Part shown: piece after piece, positions 63,243 to 64,000 of the stretch
How positions within the stretch are numbered: position 1 is the first letter of the stretch
Layout: each line of letters begins with the position of its first letter
DNA from: Ostrea edulis
Lineage: Eukaryota
Reading direction: 5' to 3'
Assembly (NCBI RefSeq): GCF_947568905.1
Contig: NC_079171.1
Coordinates: 10,230,001-10,294,000 of the forward strand
DNA length: 64,000 bases
The notes under the pieces: generated by a model
What the model was told of the DNA's origin: nothing
Database searches by the model: none
What the model saw: only the letters and a program-made list of their open reading frames with translations
Translations under genes and position numbers: made by a program

Positions 63243-63583
63243 TGGCCTAGAAGTTAGATCGTTCCCCCCGCATGCGGAAGGTCAGGGTTCGAATCCCGGC
63301 CGCGACAGACCTAAGTCGTTAAAACAGGTAGTGACCGTTCCATCGCCAAACGCTCGGCATCAGGTGTGAATGCCACAGGTCCTCAGAGATGACCTTAAAA
63401 ACGGATGACCCGTGCCATAGTAGGTGTGGCACGCGAAAGAACCCTCACTGCTCAATGGTCGTAAGCGCCGAGTATAGGCCTAAATTTGAAGCCCTTCACC
63501 GGTCTTGGTGACGTCTCCATATGAGTGAAAAAATCTCGAACGAGACGTTACGCAAGATACAATCAATCAATCAATCAATAAAT
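63243..63583 (+). mobile_element. Duplicate of the 55006 SINE at the orthologous site of the next tandem unit
   Basis: B box GGTTCGAATCC, same body and tail, and same flanks (cctcaaatagtg / tagtgttt.tacatgtatgtaaac). Confidence 0.85.
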
Positions 63584-64000
63584 CAAATAGTGTTTATACA
63601 TGTATGTAAACAGCATGAGTGCACTCCAGAACGTATCTTAAGTTTACAGCATGCAATAGTTCCAATCTAAACAATTGATCGTGTAAACAAATTGCGGACA
63701 ATTTGCTAAGCAGGGGTACAACAATTGAAAGAAAAGAAATAAGCGAAATTAGAGAAACACCTCCGCAGTTGTGTTAAGTAGGACCATAGAAATATGCCAG
63801 AGGAAAAACGTATTATGAAGAGATCAAATTTTGACAAATTACGTACACCCAACCCTTATATATAAAAAACATGCATAAATAATTAAGTGCATATTGACCT
63901 CCCATACATTTTTTCACCAGACCGACAGTCTCTACATCAGCTATATATCACGTGATCAAATATCAAAATAAAATCATACCGTGTATGTATAAATCTCTCC

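Overview
AT-rich eukaryotic genomic DNA, most likely a bivalve (oyster-like); this is inferred from the repeat families and the B-box/NHL gene type. It has one 129-N assembly gap. Only one intact long coding exon is present: a B-box/coiled-coil/NHL-type TRIM-like ORF at 30631-32244 (+). The rest is a heavily nested repeat landscape. It holds decayed Penelope-like retroelements with a C-terminal RT (Naiad-like) plus about ten solo copies of their 3' tail, a dead DD34E Tc1 transposon inside a 40-bp minisatellite, and non-autonomous Helentron/Helitron-like elements carrying ~166-bp or ~147-bp satellite arrays. It also holds at least four SINE types, a 9-bp-TSD long-TIR element and TTAA-flanked insertions. 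Two sets of local duplications (2.4-11.9 kb and 49.5-64 kb) carry what look like decayed, unidentified membrane-protein genes on the minus strand. No prokaryotic features (CRISPR, operons) are supported. Hand-read boundaries may be off by a few bases, and manual translations need confirming.
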